From NCBI RefSeq assembly GCF_003918875.1, contig NW_025766070.1, forward strand, positions 806,001 to 870,000: DNA of 64,000 nucleotides, read 5' to 3'. A program made the translations under genes and the position numbers. Shown here piece by piece: positions 1-64,000 of the stretch. Source of the stretch: Haliotis rubra (lineage: Eukaryota). The notes beneath the pieces are model-generated. The model searched no databases and was not told the DNA's origin. It was given only the letters and a program-made list of their open reading frames with translations. Every line of letters starts with the position of its first letter. Position 1 is the stretch's first letter.

Positions 1-354
1 ATGGCGATCCTGGATACCCCCAATTATTAGTTTTAAGGGTCTTTGCAAGCAATACAATGGTCCTATGAAGTAACAGTGTAGAGAACTGTACGTTTTGATC
101 ATCTCTTTCGAGCCTGGAGTGAACCAATGATCATGTGAACTGATTGGTGAAATGATCCATGTAACTGCTTTGAAAGAAACAACAAGACAATTAGCAAAGT
201 CATAGATTTCATGTGGGTACTATGAATAATATTTTGCATTTCCTGGACGCAGTTCATGTTTTTTCTGCGTCCATTCTCTACATTTGTGCGTTTTGGACAC
301 ACAGTTACATGTCGCATAAAACCCAGAGGAAGGTTTCATTGTATGATATAATGT

Positions 355-395
355 GTATACATATCTATATATCTATCTATATATATATATATATG
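355..395. repeat. (AT)n microsatellite
   Basis: Direct inspection. Confidence 0.8.
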
Positions 396-2941
396 TTTAT
401 ATCTGGTTCATGCTTTCTGCATATTGCTTTTTCTTATCTGGTATAAGTGCTGGAGTCTTGTGACCATGAAACAGAAATATTTGTTTTGGTTAAAGTATGC
501 AGTAGAAAATGGTTGACTTCAGCATCAGAATCATATTTTGTAAATGATTTATTCTTTTGAACAATGGCAGAATGATGAGGCCATTGAAAGTTGATCAGTT
601 GTTTGTCTCTGCCTTAGTTTAATTTTTTGAGGGTGCTTCAACTGACCACAGCAATATTGAAAGTATTCCTGTAAGAAGGCTCCACATTCTGATATCTGTA
701 ATATCTGTTCATGGCCAGTCCCATAATAGTGGGAGAAGATGTAATACATCTGCCACTGTTTTATTTGAATTTTAGAAAGGAAAATTTGAATTTGTGAAAA
801 AGGTAAATTTCGACCAGGTATATATTTCATCTTTATACCTTTTTTGTTTTGTTTTGTTGCAACATCATGAGTAGGTTCATCACATGACCATATTGTTTCC
901 GAAAGGTGCTCACGGATTGTAAAACATGCTTTATCCTCTCAAAATAGGAATGACCAAGCACTAGAGTCTGAATTCACCAGTTCACTTAGTTTCCCACAGA
1001 GTTGTCTGCCCTTACCTGGCAATAGAGGGTGGTGTGATGGTTTATCTGCACCAATTTTCAGCAACCACTGTAGCACTTGTTTGAAACAGACTGCAAAGAT
1101 GAGCTTGTGGCATTCAGCAGATAGAACTAAAAATAGACATTAATGCATTTAGCATTTAGATACGAATGATGTGTTTACATTTAGATTTTGCTTCTGCAGT
1201 GCTGCTTGAGACCTACAGCCTAATCCCTATACAGCTTTGTATGTAAACAAGGTGTCTTAACTCTGCTAGTCCAGATGCTCCTGTGTGTAGAACAACCAGA
1301 TGCTGTGACTGAATCACAGTGCCATACTATCTGTAGACAGCAGTGTATGATCTATGCAGGATTGTACCCTGTGGGGATGGTCTGAGTGTACATCAACCAA
1401 TGGGCCCCAAGGGACCAGTGAACAATGTATTTATCTTACCAAACACCTCAATGTTAATTTGTAACTGTTTGAAGCACGGGTATCAGATCATAATAAGGAG
1501 GCAATTAGCCAATACCGACAACCAGACGACAAGAAAAACAAAGTTAGAGTTATCTCCCTTCCATCGATTTGCATTCGCAAAACATCGGTAATTTCAGTTT
1601 ATCATACGTGACTCAATTATTGGAAATAAAGAATTACTAACATGAAGTACCAAATGAATTCATACAGTTTGGCATTCCCAGCAGGTAACATAGAAAATGT
1701 TACTTGCTTGTAAGTGGGGTACATTGAACGTAATAGAGCACTCAGCCAATCAGTAAACAACATTTTTGTGTGAGGTAAGATAATGCCAGATGTTCCTGGC
1801 CATTTTACCCTTATCAGGTTTAGTTATACAATGAAAAAAAGTTAAAGATTCTTTCATATTACAGTTGTGAATCTGTCTTGGTTCAGTAATAAATAATTGG
1901 ATGTTCTTTAGTTGTTTTTCAGTGGTACGTTTACAACAATGCATATTCTTCAAATGTCTTTGTCTGTGGTCAGTATCTATCAAAGAAGTTAAAGATCACC
2001 TGATTCTTTCATATGACAGAAGTTAATCTGTCTTGGCTCAGTAATTAAATGCAGCTGGATATTTCTTATCCTCTTTTGAGTAGTATATTTAAAACACAAT
2101 GCATATTTGTAAAATGTCTGTGTCTGTGGTTAGTATCTGTTGAAATCCTGTCACGTGTCAGTGTCTGACAAGGTTGTCATATTATGATTCCCTTATAAGG
2201 GGCCAGTCAGTAGTGTTGACAAAGATCAGGGCCTCCTTTCACAAAGCACTAAGGTGATCGTAAGTCATTAAGGTAACCTTAGTGCAATGTTAAAGAATGG
2301 GAGTTAAGGTTAACCTTAGTAAAGGTTGCTTCGTGAAAGGAGCCTAGGAGTACGACAACAATCAGAATGACCAGTGACGATACTTTGTCTGTCATGCTGA
2401 TATTTATGGTAATAATTGGATTGGTGGTCAGCAGAGCGCTTACTGGGAGATAGAACACAGTGCCAGATTTGTACATCTTAAACATGTACCTTTATTGAAA
2501 CTTCTAATTGACAATTAAAGATTTGTATATACCGGGTATGTAAAAATCACAGGATTGCTCACAAAGAATTTTTTTAGATACTTAGGCAGAGGTACAGATA
2601 AGCTGCATATCTGCGTAAATTGTGCAAATATTTATGTGAAATTTCAATTCTTACGCTTGACTTTTTGTAAATACTCAATAAATTTGATCTTACATGCGTA
2701 CACACAAAAACGTCGAATCATAGCTTGCGCACCGGTGCATAGATGAAATAACTTAGGTATATTCAGAGGTTCTATTTCAACACATGAACTTGGCAACTTG
2801 CAGTCTTTCTTATTGTTTCTCATATTACAGATCCAATATAAATAACATTTAAACTTGATTATATTTTTACAATTAATGAAAAATGGCAAAATACCCAACT
2901 GAGTTTGAGTGAGGTGGGTACAATTTAGTTGGTTACCCAAA

Positions 2942-3297
2942 GGAGGTGAGGTGAAATTGGGTTTAACATCTTACTTGAGAATATTTCGCTCACATGACGA
3001 CGTGCTTGCGTGTGTGTGTTTATGTGTGGCTGCTTGTACTAGCCCAGACTTAAGCTTGTTTTATAGTGCTAGCCCACTGAGATACCATGCCGCAGTGAAG
3101 CATGAATACCCCACTCAGACACATTATACTGACTCCGAGCCGACCAGCCCTTCTTGTACCCATTAATGCTGATCGCCAGGCAGGGACCAACAAGTACCAT
3201 ATTTTACCGTCTTTCTGTATGACGCGGTTGGGGATCGAACCCGCGACCTTCCGCTCTCTGGGCGGAGGCTCTAACCACTACACCACGGAGGCGGTCT
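2942..3297 (-). mobile_element. tRNA-derived SINE family C (resembles mollusc V-domain/RUDI-type SINEs); two decayed tandem copies at ~5705-6480(+)
   Basis: Minus-strand tRNA head (GTGGTGTAGTGG..GGTTCGATCCC), body gcatggtatctcagtgggctagcactataa, (CCTCA)n tail. Confidence 0.75.
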
Positions 3298-3456
3298 ACT
3301 CAAAGGAAAATTAGGATACCCAATTGAGATGAACACAAGCGAGTACATAACTCAAAGACCCAAAAAGTTCTCTGTACCTCTGCTAATGCAAACTGATTCA
3401 TACTTCTCAAAAGAAATCAAAGAATGTCTGATATTTTCAGATGACTATGTTCTTTA

Positions 3457-3527
3457 ACTGACTGACTGACTGAATTTGGTTTTACGCCGCTTTTAGCAAT
3501 ATTCCAGCAACATCACGGCGGGGGACA
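3457..3527 (-). mobile_element. SINE family A, 5'-truncated
   Basis: 3' part only, TSD atgttctttaac. Confidence 0.8.
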
Positions 3528-6198
3528 TGTTCTTTAACATTTTTGAGTAGTATTTAATCAATGACAAATGTTATGCTGGTCAGTTGATTGCTTGCACTGG
3601 TGGCTGGCTCATCTCAAGGTCGCTTCTGCAAATTAATCTGTTAACTTATTGTACAGAATTTCTTTTTCGATTTGGCAAACTATAATCGTGTGGAATTTCA
3701 AGGTCGATCGATGGCCCTGTTAAAAATCAATTGTTTCACTACTATAATCATGGCACAAGTCCTTTTCTTGTCCCGATGGCCAGAGCAGCTCTCAGTAATC
3801 ACTTCTGCCTGTAAACATAGTAATACTTGTGAAGTGAACTCGGTGGCAATTATGAAACCTATATAAACACAAAGGCCTGAAATAATCTTACGGTGAGGCA
3901 GTAATTGCCGCTTCCACAATGTCACATCGGTAATTTGGCAGCTATTTGTGGCGCGAATATAACTGGAAACAACCACATAGATCGATGTAAAGGGTTGGTT
4001 TGGTTGTTGTTTAAAGCCGTAGTTGGCAGTATTCCAGCTAAATGTAAATAATCAAGTCTGGACCAGACAGTCCAGTGATCAACAGCATGAGTATTGATCC
4101 ATGAAACTGACACGTAGAACATAATGTTTGTAAGTAGTAGTGGACAGAAATGTTATGCTATTATGTTCACATGTCCAGGTGTTTGATTTGAAAATCATTT
4201 CTATATTAATTACTATAAATTCAGCAACTGATCAGTAAACAGTATTTTATCCCCAGCATGATGATACATGTTACACATCAATTCAGGTGCAAGAAATTCT
4301 CAAGAGGTTAACACAATATTTTTGTAGGCATTGTTTAAATGGGTTTATTAGGTAATAAAGAGGGCATCATGATGGATAAAAGAATTATATTGGATGTTTG
4401 AATTTATTTAGATTGAAAAAAAAGGTTATTTTAGAAGAATTTCATGTTATGAATTGTTTAGAAGGGCACACACAACTTGGTATACTGACAAAGCTGTATC
4501 TGTCAAGGCTCAGGTGTTGAGCAAATGCTTATGGCTGTCCTTGGGCATGTATTATATATGATCTCATTTATTTTAATCATCAAGGTTGACAGTAATTAGA
4601 AACAAATTTAAACGACTATTTTGCTGATCTTAGGATATTTGGCCTTTATGATACAAGTATACAAAAATGTAGCCATTTATCTTTGCTTTGGTAATGCTGA
4701 TGGTGTAATCTGCATTCATACCTTACAGAACTACATGGGTTTTGTCTGTAGTATAGAGTAGACCGACATAGTACAATATGACAACTTTGTTTTAACAATC
4801 AATATACAGTGAGTGGGAGATAATACCTACTGATTTACCTTCCTGAAAGTAAACTGATTGGAGTTGACAATAATCGAACCTAGTCTATTATATATGAGCT
4901 CCATCCTTGGGCCAGATTCCTCAAGTTCAGACTGACACAACCTGATACAACACTCCCCCACCCATGTGCACTGCACATCACAGGGATACGCTGTCTTTCA
5001 TTACAAGCCACAGCTTGTTTTCCCAGTGATGGTTGTTTATCTTTAGGAGATGGTGTATGGGATATGTAGTGTTTATTCATGCATCTCCATGGAGATTTGG
5101 AGAAAGTAAATAAACCTCATGCCAATCTACGTTCCATAATTAACCTGGTTATTTGTATGAAGCATGAGTGTGATCCAAGATTGTTGGTTGTCTAGTGTCT
5201 ATTTGACAGATGTGCATTTTGATTAGTTTTGAAAGTTTGGGTTCTTGCTTTTGTTTTTGTCACGTTAAATACAAGTGTAACATTTGTTTTTATGTATCTT
5301 AAAATGTTTAATTTTTTATGTCTTTTGTCATATGTATATGATTGTATATATCCTTGTATATGCTTTTTCAAATTTTGATGTTTTATGATTTTGATATGAT
5401 TGCATTTACAGCATTTGTCTCCAGGGAATAATCAAGTTTGTATTTATACTACACTTAATAAGTTAGAGTATATTTGATTCACTCACATGACAGATGAACG
5501 ATAGCAATAGGAATGAATTAGGTGTTCTTTACTTCTTTTGAGTTGTATATTTCATTAATCGAGCATTGTTGGGTGAAGGTGTTTATTATCACTTATTTTT
5601 CTTCTTGTGGACATGTTAATTAAGCCACCTATAGCGTCACAGGTTCTGCTTCTGGTTCCATCAAATGGGGTCCAGCTCCTTTTGGAGTTTTATACAAGTC
5701 AAGATTGCTCCTTGGTCTAGTGGATAGAGTGTCTAACTGGAGCAGTGAAGGTTGATGGTTCAATCCTTGATCACGGTACATGTTGTTGCCTAGCCTGGCA
5801 CTCAGCATTGAGGGAATAAGACAGTTAGTCCGTATAGTGTTTCTGAGGGAGATATACATATTTAACCACGGCATGGTATCTCAATGGGATGGCACTATAA
5901 CTCAGAGCTAGTACAAACAGCCACATACAGATGTATGTACATTCTTGTCGAATAAGATCTAGCTCCTTTTGGAGATTCATACATGGCTTAGTGGATAGTG
6001 CGTCTAACTGGAGTATTGAAGGTCCATGACTCAACCCTTGATCATGGTACATGTTGTTTCCTAGCCTGGCAGTCAGCATTGAGGGTATGAGATAACTGAT
6101 AGGTTAGGTTGGTATAGTGTTTCTGAGGGAGATATACATGTAAAACCACAGCATGGTATCTCAATGGGATGGCACTATAACACACAACTAGTACAAAC

Positions 6199-6439
6199 CA
6201 GGGGTGGAAATAACTTTAAAATTGCTAGTGTACTCCGGTACAGTGGCACATGTAAAATCACTTGCCCTGATAATTTTTCCACTATACCGGCCGTTTTCTT
6301 GTTGATTTTATAAAATAAACAACATAATTAACATTGGAAAGTCAACTGGACACCGGTACAGTGTGATATACAAATTTGCTTGCCAGACAGAAAAAAACAC
6401 TGGACTCGGACGTTGGGCAATGGGTTATTTCCACCCCTG
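6199..6439. mobile_element. hAT-like MITE, 16-bp TIRs, 6-bp TSD
   Basis: caggggtggaaataac / gttatttccacccctg; acaaac duplicated; the neighbouring SINE C copy shows the empty site. Confidence 0.85.
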
Positions 6440-6786
6440 ACAAACAGCCACATACAGATGCATGTACATTCCTAACATAGTGTATTAACCCATTTCAACA
6501 CCACCATCATACATGGTAGGGCAGACAAATTTGACTACCTATGTGAATTTCTATGATACTTTGCATTCTTTACACTATATATCAGAAGGAAGTCAGATCT
6601 TAGCAGAGGTTTTACACAACAAATTAATTTAAACATAAGAGTCTTTCATGTTTTAGCATGCTTGAAAATGTGATGTCATGGCTGTTCACCATCGGTGTCA
6701 CAGTATTCAGTAAGCAGATTTCCTCCATGGAGATTTAGGTTAAAATTGGTCCTAACTAACCTATGTTTGTCATAAGTGACCATAGA

Positions 6787-6950
6787 TGAGTGAGTGAGTT
6801 TGGTTTTACGCCGCTTTTAGCAATATTCCAGCAATATCACGGCGGGGGACACCAGAAATTGGCTTCAAACATTGTACCCATGTGGGGAATCGAACCCGGG
6901 TCTTTGGTGTGACGAGCAAACGCTTTAACCACAAAGCCACCCCACCGCCC
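6787..6950 (-). mobile_element. SINE family A
   Basis: Reverse copy, TSD gaccatagatgagtga. Confidence 0.88.
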
Positions 6951-7714
6951 GACCATAGATGAGTGATTTCTTTTGGTTGCATAACAACGTTTAGCTACAT
7001 TATCAGAGGGAAAGACAGATACTTGACATTGGCTTCACACATTGTGCCTATGTTGGCCAGTCAAACCCAGGCCTCGACTACCAACTAGCCCGAGGAGGTG
7101 GTTTAAACAATTAGGTATTTAGGCTTGCTTGATTGTGTATCACCGAATCAATCACTGATTTGACCGGTCCAAATTCAGGTGTTTACAGGGGCTGTTACAC
7201 ACCTAGAATATTGCTGACTGCAATGTTAAATAACAAGCAAACAAAACACTTCTATACTTACCATCAAAAGTTTACACTCACTATGCATTATGTATATTTA
7301 TATGGTTACATCGAAGATTGATTTCTCCACTAACTTGGGGAACCAACTGCAAACCTTATGCAGATGAATTGGACGAGGATCATGCATCAAATTGCTGAAC
7401 AGCATGTGCAAATATCGTGCAAGTGAACAGCTGCATTTTGGTGTAAAGAGCTGTTAAGAATTTGCCAATTTATCACTGATTTTTGTCATTTATTGAACTC
7501 ATGACAATAAATCTTTTCAATGTTACGAATTTGGTTTACAATACATCAGTTCATTAGTAAAAAGTACCTTTAAACAGTATGGAATATTTTGCAAAATCTA
7601 GTTTAGAACAATTGCCTGAAGAAAGTGGCTATATTTACACTAGTGAGTCTAAACTTTGGAAGGGGAAGGTATATATGAATGGAATATGTGAACAGAACAG
7701 ATTCCTGTATATGA

Positions 7715-7881
7715 ATGAGTGAGTTGGGTTGGGTTTTGTGCTGCATTTATCAATATTCCAGCAATATCACCATGGGGGACACCAGAAATGGGCTTCACAC
7801 AATGTGCACATGTGGGGAATCTAACCTAGATCTTCGATGTGATGAGCGAACGCTTTAACCACTGGGCTACCCCACCTCCCC
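7715..7881 (-). mobile_element. SINE family A
   Basis: Reverse copy. Confidence 0.85.
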
Positions 7882-8712
7882 TCCTGTATGTGAAGTGACT
7901 ATTCCAACAAAAGAAATGTCTATATATGAACTGAGTATTACGTAGAATCTTCACCAATGTTAAATGGTTAAGGACTGGCTTCTGTACAATGGTAGTTCTT
8001 ATTTCTGTAGCATGAATATAGATGTATAAGCATGAAATGAACGGCAGGTCGCAGCACCAAAATGGAAAGCAATACCTTTAAATGCATTTCTTGAATTTTG
8101 AGATTCCAGCAAGGGTGATGAGGACTTTCAGTGCTAGGAAAATTGATTCCAGTTCTCTAAATTTCATTTTCTTCCCAAAAGAATTATTTGCCAACCCGGT
8201 AGTCCTGAGCACACATGGCTTTGCTCTGCAGGGAATCTGTTTAATTATGTGTTGTCTTCAAACACTCTCTTGAGGATTCAGTTCTTCTCCATTTTCGTCT
8301 TGACTGACAGAGCCAGAAGTGAAAAGTAGTTGACGATGTGAAAACTGGAGGAAAAACTGGGAATAATTTGATTTCTGCATCTCGGCTGCCGCACTGTCCC
8401 TGAAGACTGGGTTATGCATTTAACAGTCATTCTGTATGCATGTACAATTTGTGTTATTCTGTGGGTGGGTGAAATGAAGGCTGCCTCCTCCGGCAGGTCA
8501 GGAGAGAAGGTTTCTTTGATGTGGAAACTGTGGCTTTGAAGCTTTGTGAGCATTTGCTGTCATGTTGTTGAAAGTATTCGAATTTTTAAACAGTTTGATG
8601 TACAGTTTGATGCTCATATTCGCTTAATTCCAGCGTTAACAGTTTTTTGGAAAGAAATGCTAGGACTGGCAAGTCTTTATGGATGATCCACTTCTTTATT
8701 GTTCAATAGCGA

Positions 8713-8880
8713 GGGTCGGTGGGGTAGCCTAGTGGTTAAAGCATTGGCTCGTCACGCCGAAGACCCGGGTTCGAATCCCCACATGGGTACAATGTGTGAA
8801 GCCCATTTCTGGTGTTCCCCGCCGTGATGTTGCTGGAATATTGCTAAAAGCGGCGTAAAACCAAAACTCAGTCAGTCAGT
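8713..8880 (+). mobile_element. tRNA(Asp)-like SINE, family A (~165 bp)
   Basis: Box A TAGCCTAGTGG, GTC anticodon-like loop, box B GGTTCGAATCC, (CAGT)n tail, TSD caatagcga. Confidence 0.9.
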
Positions 8881-9715
8881 CAATAGCGATGTTTGGGTAT
8901 CGATACTTATACTGTTTTCAAGCATGAGGTGGTGAATGGAGACAGCAGTATGTATACCATCCCAAAAATGTAGGGGATATTGGATTTACAAGATTGATAA
9001 AATGCAAATGATGAAGCCAAGAAGGAAACAGATGATGAAGATAAATTTAAGGGAAAATATGACAATTTATTCCATTCCTTTGGAAATGTTTCATCTGTAT
9101 GGATATATTACTTTTTCTCATATGCATTGGCATTGGCTAGTGGTATGCTCGCAAAATGGAATATCCCCTTCTTTTTTTGGATGGTATAAATAGGGTACAT
9201 GAGGGCTGACAGGAAGGTTGAAAGAAATGCTGCCAAATGGTTTCAACAATTACTTCAAATTATGTTTTACTTTAAAGAAAATAGCAGAGATTTGCTGCGA
9301 TAATTACACCCTTAAAGACATTAAGATTTTCAAAGCATATGTACAACTTGAGAAAAAAAACTGTGTGTAAGTGTGTGAATAATTGATGTCACGGCAGGAA
9401 AGTGCCCTTGTGTGTATGTGAAATGTTACGCCAGGAACATCCTTAAGGGAAAAACCTTTTGCTGAAATGTTACCAATGTGACCTAATGTGGATTACCAAT
9501 CAATATTTGATGGTAGGAAGGCTCCCAGACAAATTTACCAGACTCTGTCATCACAGAGATATTGATTGTCCAGCTTGTCCTGAACATACCTACACAGTTG
9601 TTGGCCTATTGAATTAAATAAAAAGGAAGGAGAGTGCATAGGACAACATAATTCTGTACTGACCCATGACCAAGGGTTGCAGCACAGACCAGAATGTCAC
9701 AACTTATGATGAATT

Positions 9716-9865
9716 AAGTGAGTATGGTTTTATGCCGCTTTTAGCAATATTCCAGCAATATCGCGGCGGGAGACACCAGAAATGGGCTTGACATATTGTA
9801 CCCATGTGGGGAATCAAACCCAGGTCTTCAGCATAATGAATGGATGCTTAAACCATTAGGCTACC
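9716..9865 (-). mobile_element. SINE family A
   Basis: Diverged reverse copy. Confidence 0.8.
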
Positions 9866-11303
9866 TTTAATGGACATGTTCGGTACAATAATGTACACTA
9901 TATGTCACTCTTTTCAGAAATAAACTCTGTAACGATTACTCTTTCTCAGTGAAGTAGAGATTCAGGTACTTTTGGGGGTTTAGTCATTCTCAGAATCAGG
10001 TACCTAATCGCCAACTCCCAAAGTCATCAATCTCACCCACTCAGTGACCACAGCTTCCACAAAATTGAATGGAAATGAACCCTGGCTGAAATTGTTAAAC
10101 AGAAGATAACATAAGAAGAACATAGCTGATCTTTGCATGGGTCTTTGGAGTATGTGTGGTTCTGATAAATGTAGAAGAATCTGGTTTGGTTTCATTTTTA
10201 ATGTACAGTGTTGCATGTGTGGGATTTTATTACGAATAATAATTCTTCAACACATACGGCCATGATTGATTTTACTATTGTACAGCAGAGTCTAGACAGG
10301 AAGTACAATATATTATTAGGGAAACTGAACAGGATTCACATGTCACAAATTTGTCAATTTATGTCCATTTCATAGAGATCCTTTCTTAGTGATACGACTA
10401 ATAGCATGCTAATACAATGCTTTCAGTTGTAAGATTTTTCTGCATAATTCACATTAGTCTTTAATCCATGACACAAATTCTAGAAGCATCATGTATATTG
10501 ACAAGAGAGATATATCATATACACTCATATAACCTGCATGAGCACAAAAGGCCTGCTTCTGAGTGAGTGAGTGAGTTGAGTTTCACGCCGCACTCAGCAA
10601 TATTCCAGCTATATGGCGGCAGTCGCCTACTTGTGTCCTAATTATACCACTCCATTTTTTATAGGAATATATCTTTTTATACATTATACTCAAAGCTTAT
10701 TCTTATATGTCAACTGTATATTTAGATATATCTGATATATGGGGTTATCACCATTGCATATAATCACTGTTTAACCGACACATATAAAGAGAGATTTAAT
10801 TTGGACACATGATACTCGCAAAGAAACAGTTCCAGTCTAGTTTCATCAGGAATCTTAACACAAGTTTTTAGTTGTGAAGTTGGTTTCTTTTCTAGTGATT
10901 GGAGTGATTATAAGTATGATGTCTGTGTAAACCTTGTTTGTTATACTTGTGAAGATGTTGTGTAGACTTAGAAGTAGCAATAGCCTTGGACCAAATACTT
11001 GTAGCCTTATGTTTTTCAGTAGTGCCAAAAATATTTGTGCTTACTTACTGAAATAGTCCTTTTTGTATCATTTCGGTAGATTTGTGTTAAATGTATTGAT
11101 TGTGATCAGCTCATTACTCAGGAGGAATTTTACTAAACTCTGGTTTCAGACAAGTGGCAATTGTCACAGACAGTTAGCATAATGTAGAGTGTTGTCGGCA
11201 TGAGATAACAATGCTGACTGTGGAAACTGTCCCAGGGATTATGTTCTTGGACATTTGTTAGGGGAATCAAGTGAATTAATTGTTTGTTGTTCGTCTACTT
11301 CAG

Positions 11304-63167
<51,864 letters not shown>

Positions 63168-63212
63168 GTAAGTTGAGTCATGGTGCCGGTATGGTAATGT
63201 GTCAGTTTGCCA

Positions 63213-63436
63213 AGTGAATGAGTGAGTGAGTTTAGTTTAATGCCGCACTCAGCAATATTCCAGCTGTATATCTGTAAATAATTGAGTCTGGACAAGACAA
63301 TCTAGTGATCAACAGCATGAGCATGGATCTACACAATTGGGATATGATGACATGTGTCAACAAAGTCAGCTAGCCTGACCACCCGATCCCGTTAGTGGCC
63401 TCTTACGACAAGCATTTAACCTGGATCTTCATGGGT
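63213..63436 (-). mobile_element. SINE-like family B
   Basis: Reverse copy of 21897-22137. Confidence 0.8.
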
Positions 63437-64000
63437 TGTCAGTTTGCTGTTTGCTGCTTGATTATATACAGGAAACTATGGATATTATGAACTCAAATTG
63501 ACAACTAATTTCAGTTATAAGCCTAGTTCATTACTCACATTTCGACTAAAGTATGCAGACTTCAGAAACAGTTTGCTATATCCATCAGTTCGCTATAAGT
63601 GTTTTACGCATACATTGTAACATCACCTATGGTAGTTTAAACATTTTCATGGCAGTAGGCATTCTGGGATAGATATGGTCCAAAGTAAACTATGCTTGTT
63701 GAGAGTTGAGACTAAAATAGAGTTCTGCTTTGGTGACTTGTCATTTTAGGTTGGTGAGTGAGTGAGTAAGTTTTAAGCTACTTTAAGCATCCAGCTTTAT
63801 CTTGGGACATCTTAAATCAGCTTCACACATTGTACGTATTTGGAAATTTGAAAACCTACCTGGGTTGAGAGGAAGTTTGCTTTGTTCTGACAACACAATC
63901 AGGTGACATTGTTTACAAGATCCAACCAGATTAGAGAATGTATTGTGTGACCTGGATGATTAGCTTGACTATTGTTGCTCATACAGTCAGGACAATGATC

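Noticed and set aside
8713-8790. Apparent tRNA-Asp genes
   Set aside because: Heads of a SINE family with a common tail and TSDs; acceptor stem imperfect.
1-11303. Short ORFs and possible first RyR exons
   Set aside because: No RyR N-terminal peptide (such as CLAAEGFGNR) or other recognisable protein found; treated as intron.

Overview
AT-rich animal genomic DNA, probably a gastropod mollusc (inferred from the SINE families). The window holds the N-terminal half of a ryanodine receptor (RyR) gene on the + strand. I traced about 55 GT-AG exons from 11304 to 63167, covering NTD/MIR, RIH, SPRY1, Repeat12, SPRY2, a long divergent insert, SPRY3, the junctional solenoid and the start of the bridging solenoid. 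The first exons lie upstream of the window or were not found, and the gene continues past the 3' end. One intron carries a full-length ~6.2 kb DIRS1-type tyrosine-recombinase retrotransposon (31872-38065) with intact ITRs and internal complementary region but a frameshifted pol. Introns also contain about 20 tRNA-Asp-like SINEs, two other SINE families, a 5S-derived CORE-like SINE, MITEs, Helentron-type (HINE) elements and Penelope-like fragments with a U3-A8 variant hammerhead. The most striking pattern is that about ten RyR exon-intron junctions are themselves tandemly duplicated (units 22-109 bp, up to 8 copies, fresh to decayed). This creates arrays of extra donors and acceptors; in the five fresh arrays, where I translated through, only the exon-proximal site keeps the reading frame. 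Three exonic frameshifts suggest residual assembly errors. All coordinates were read by eye.
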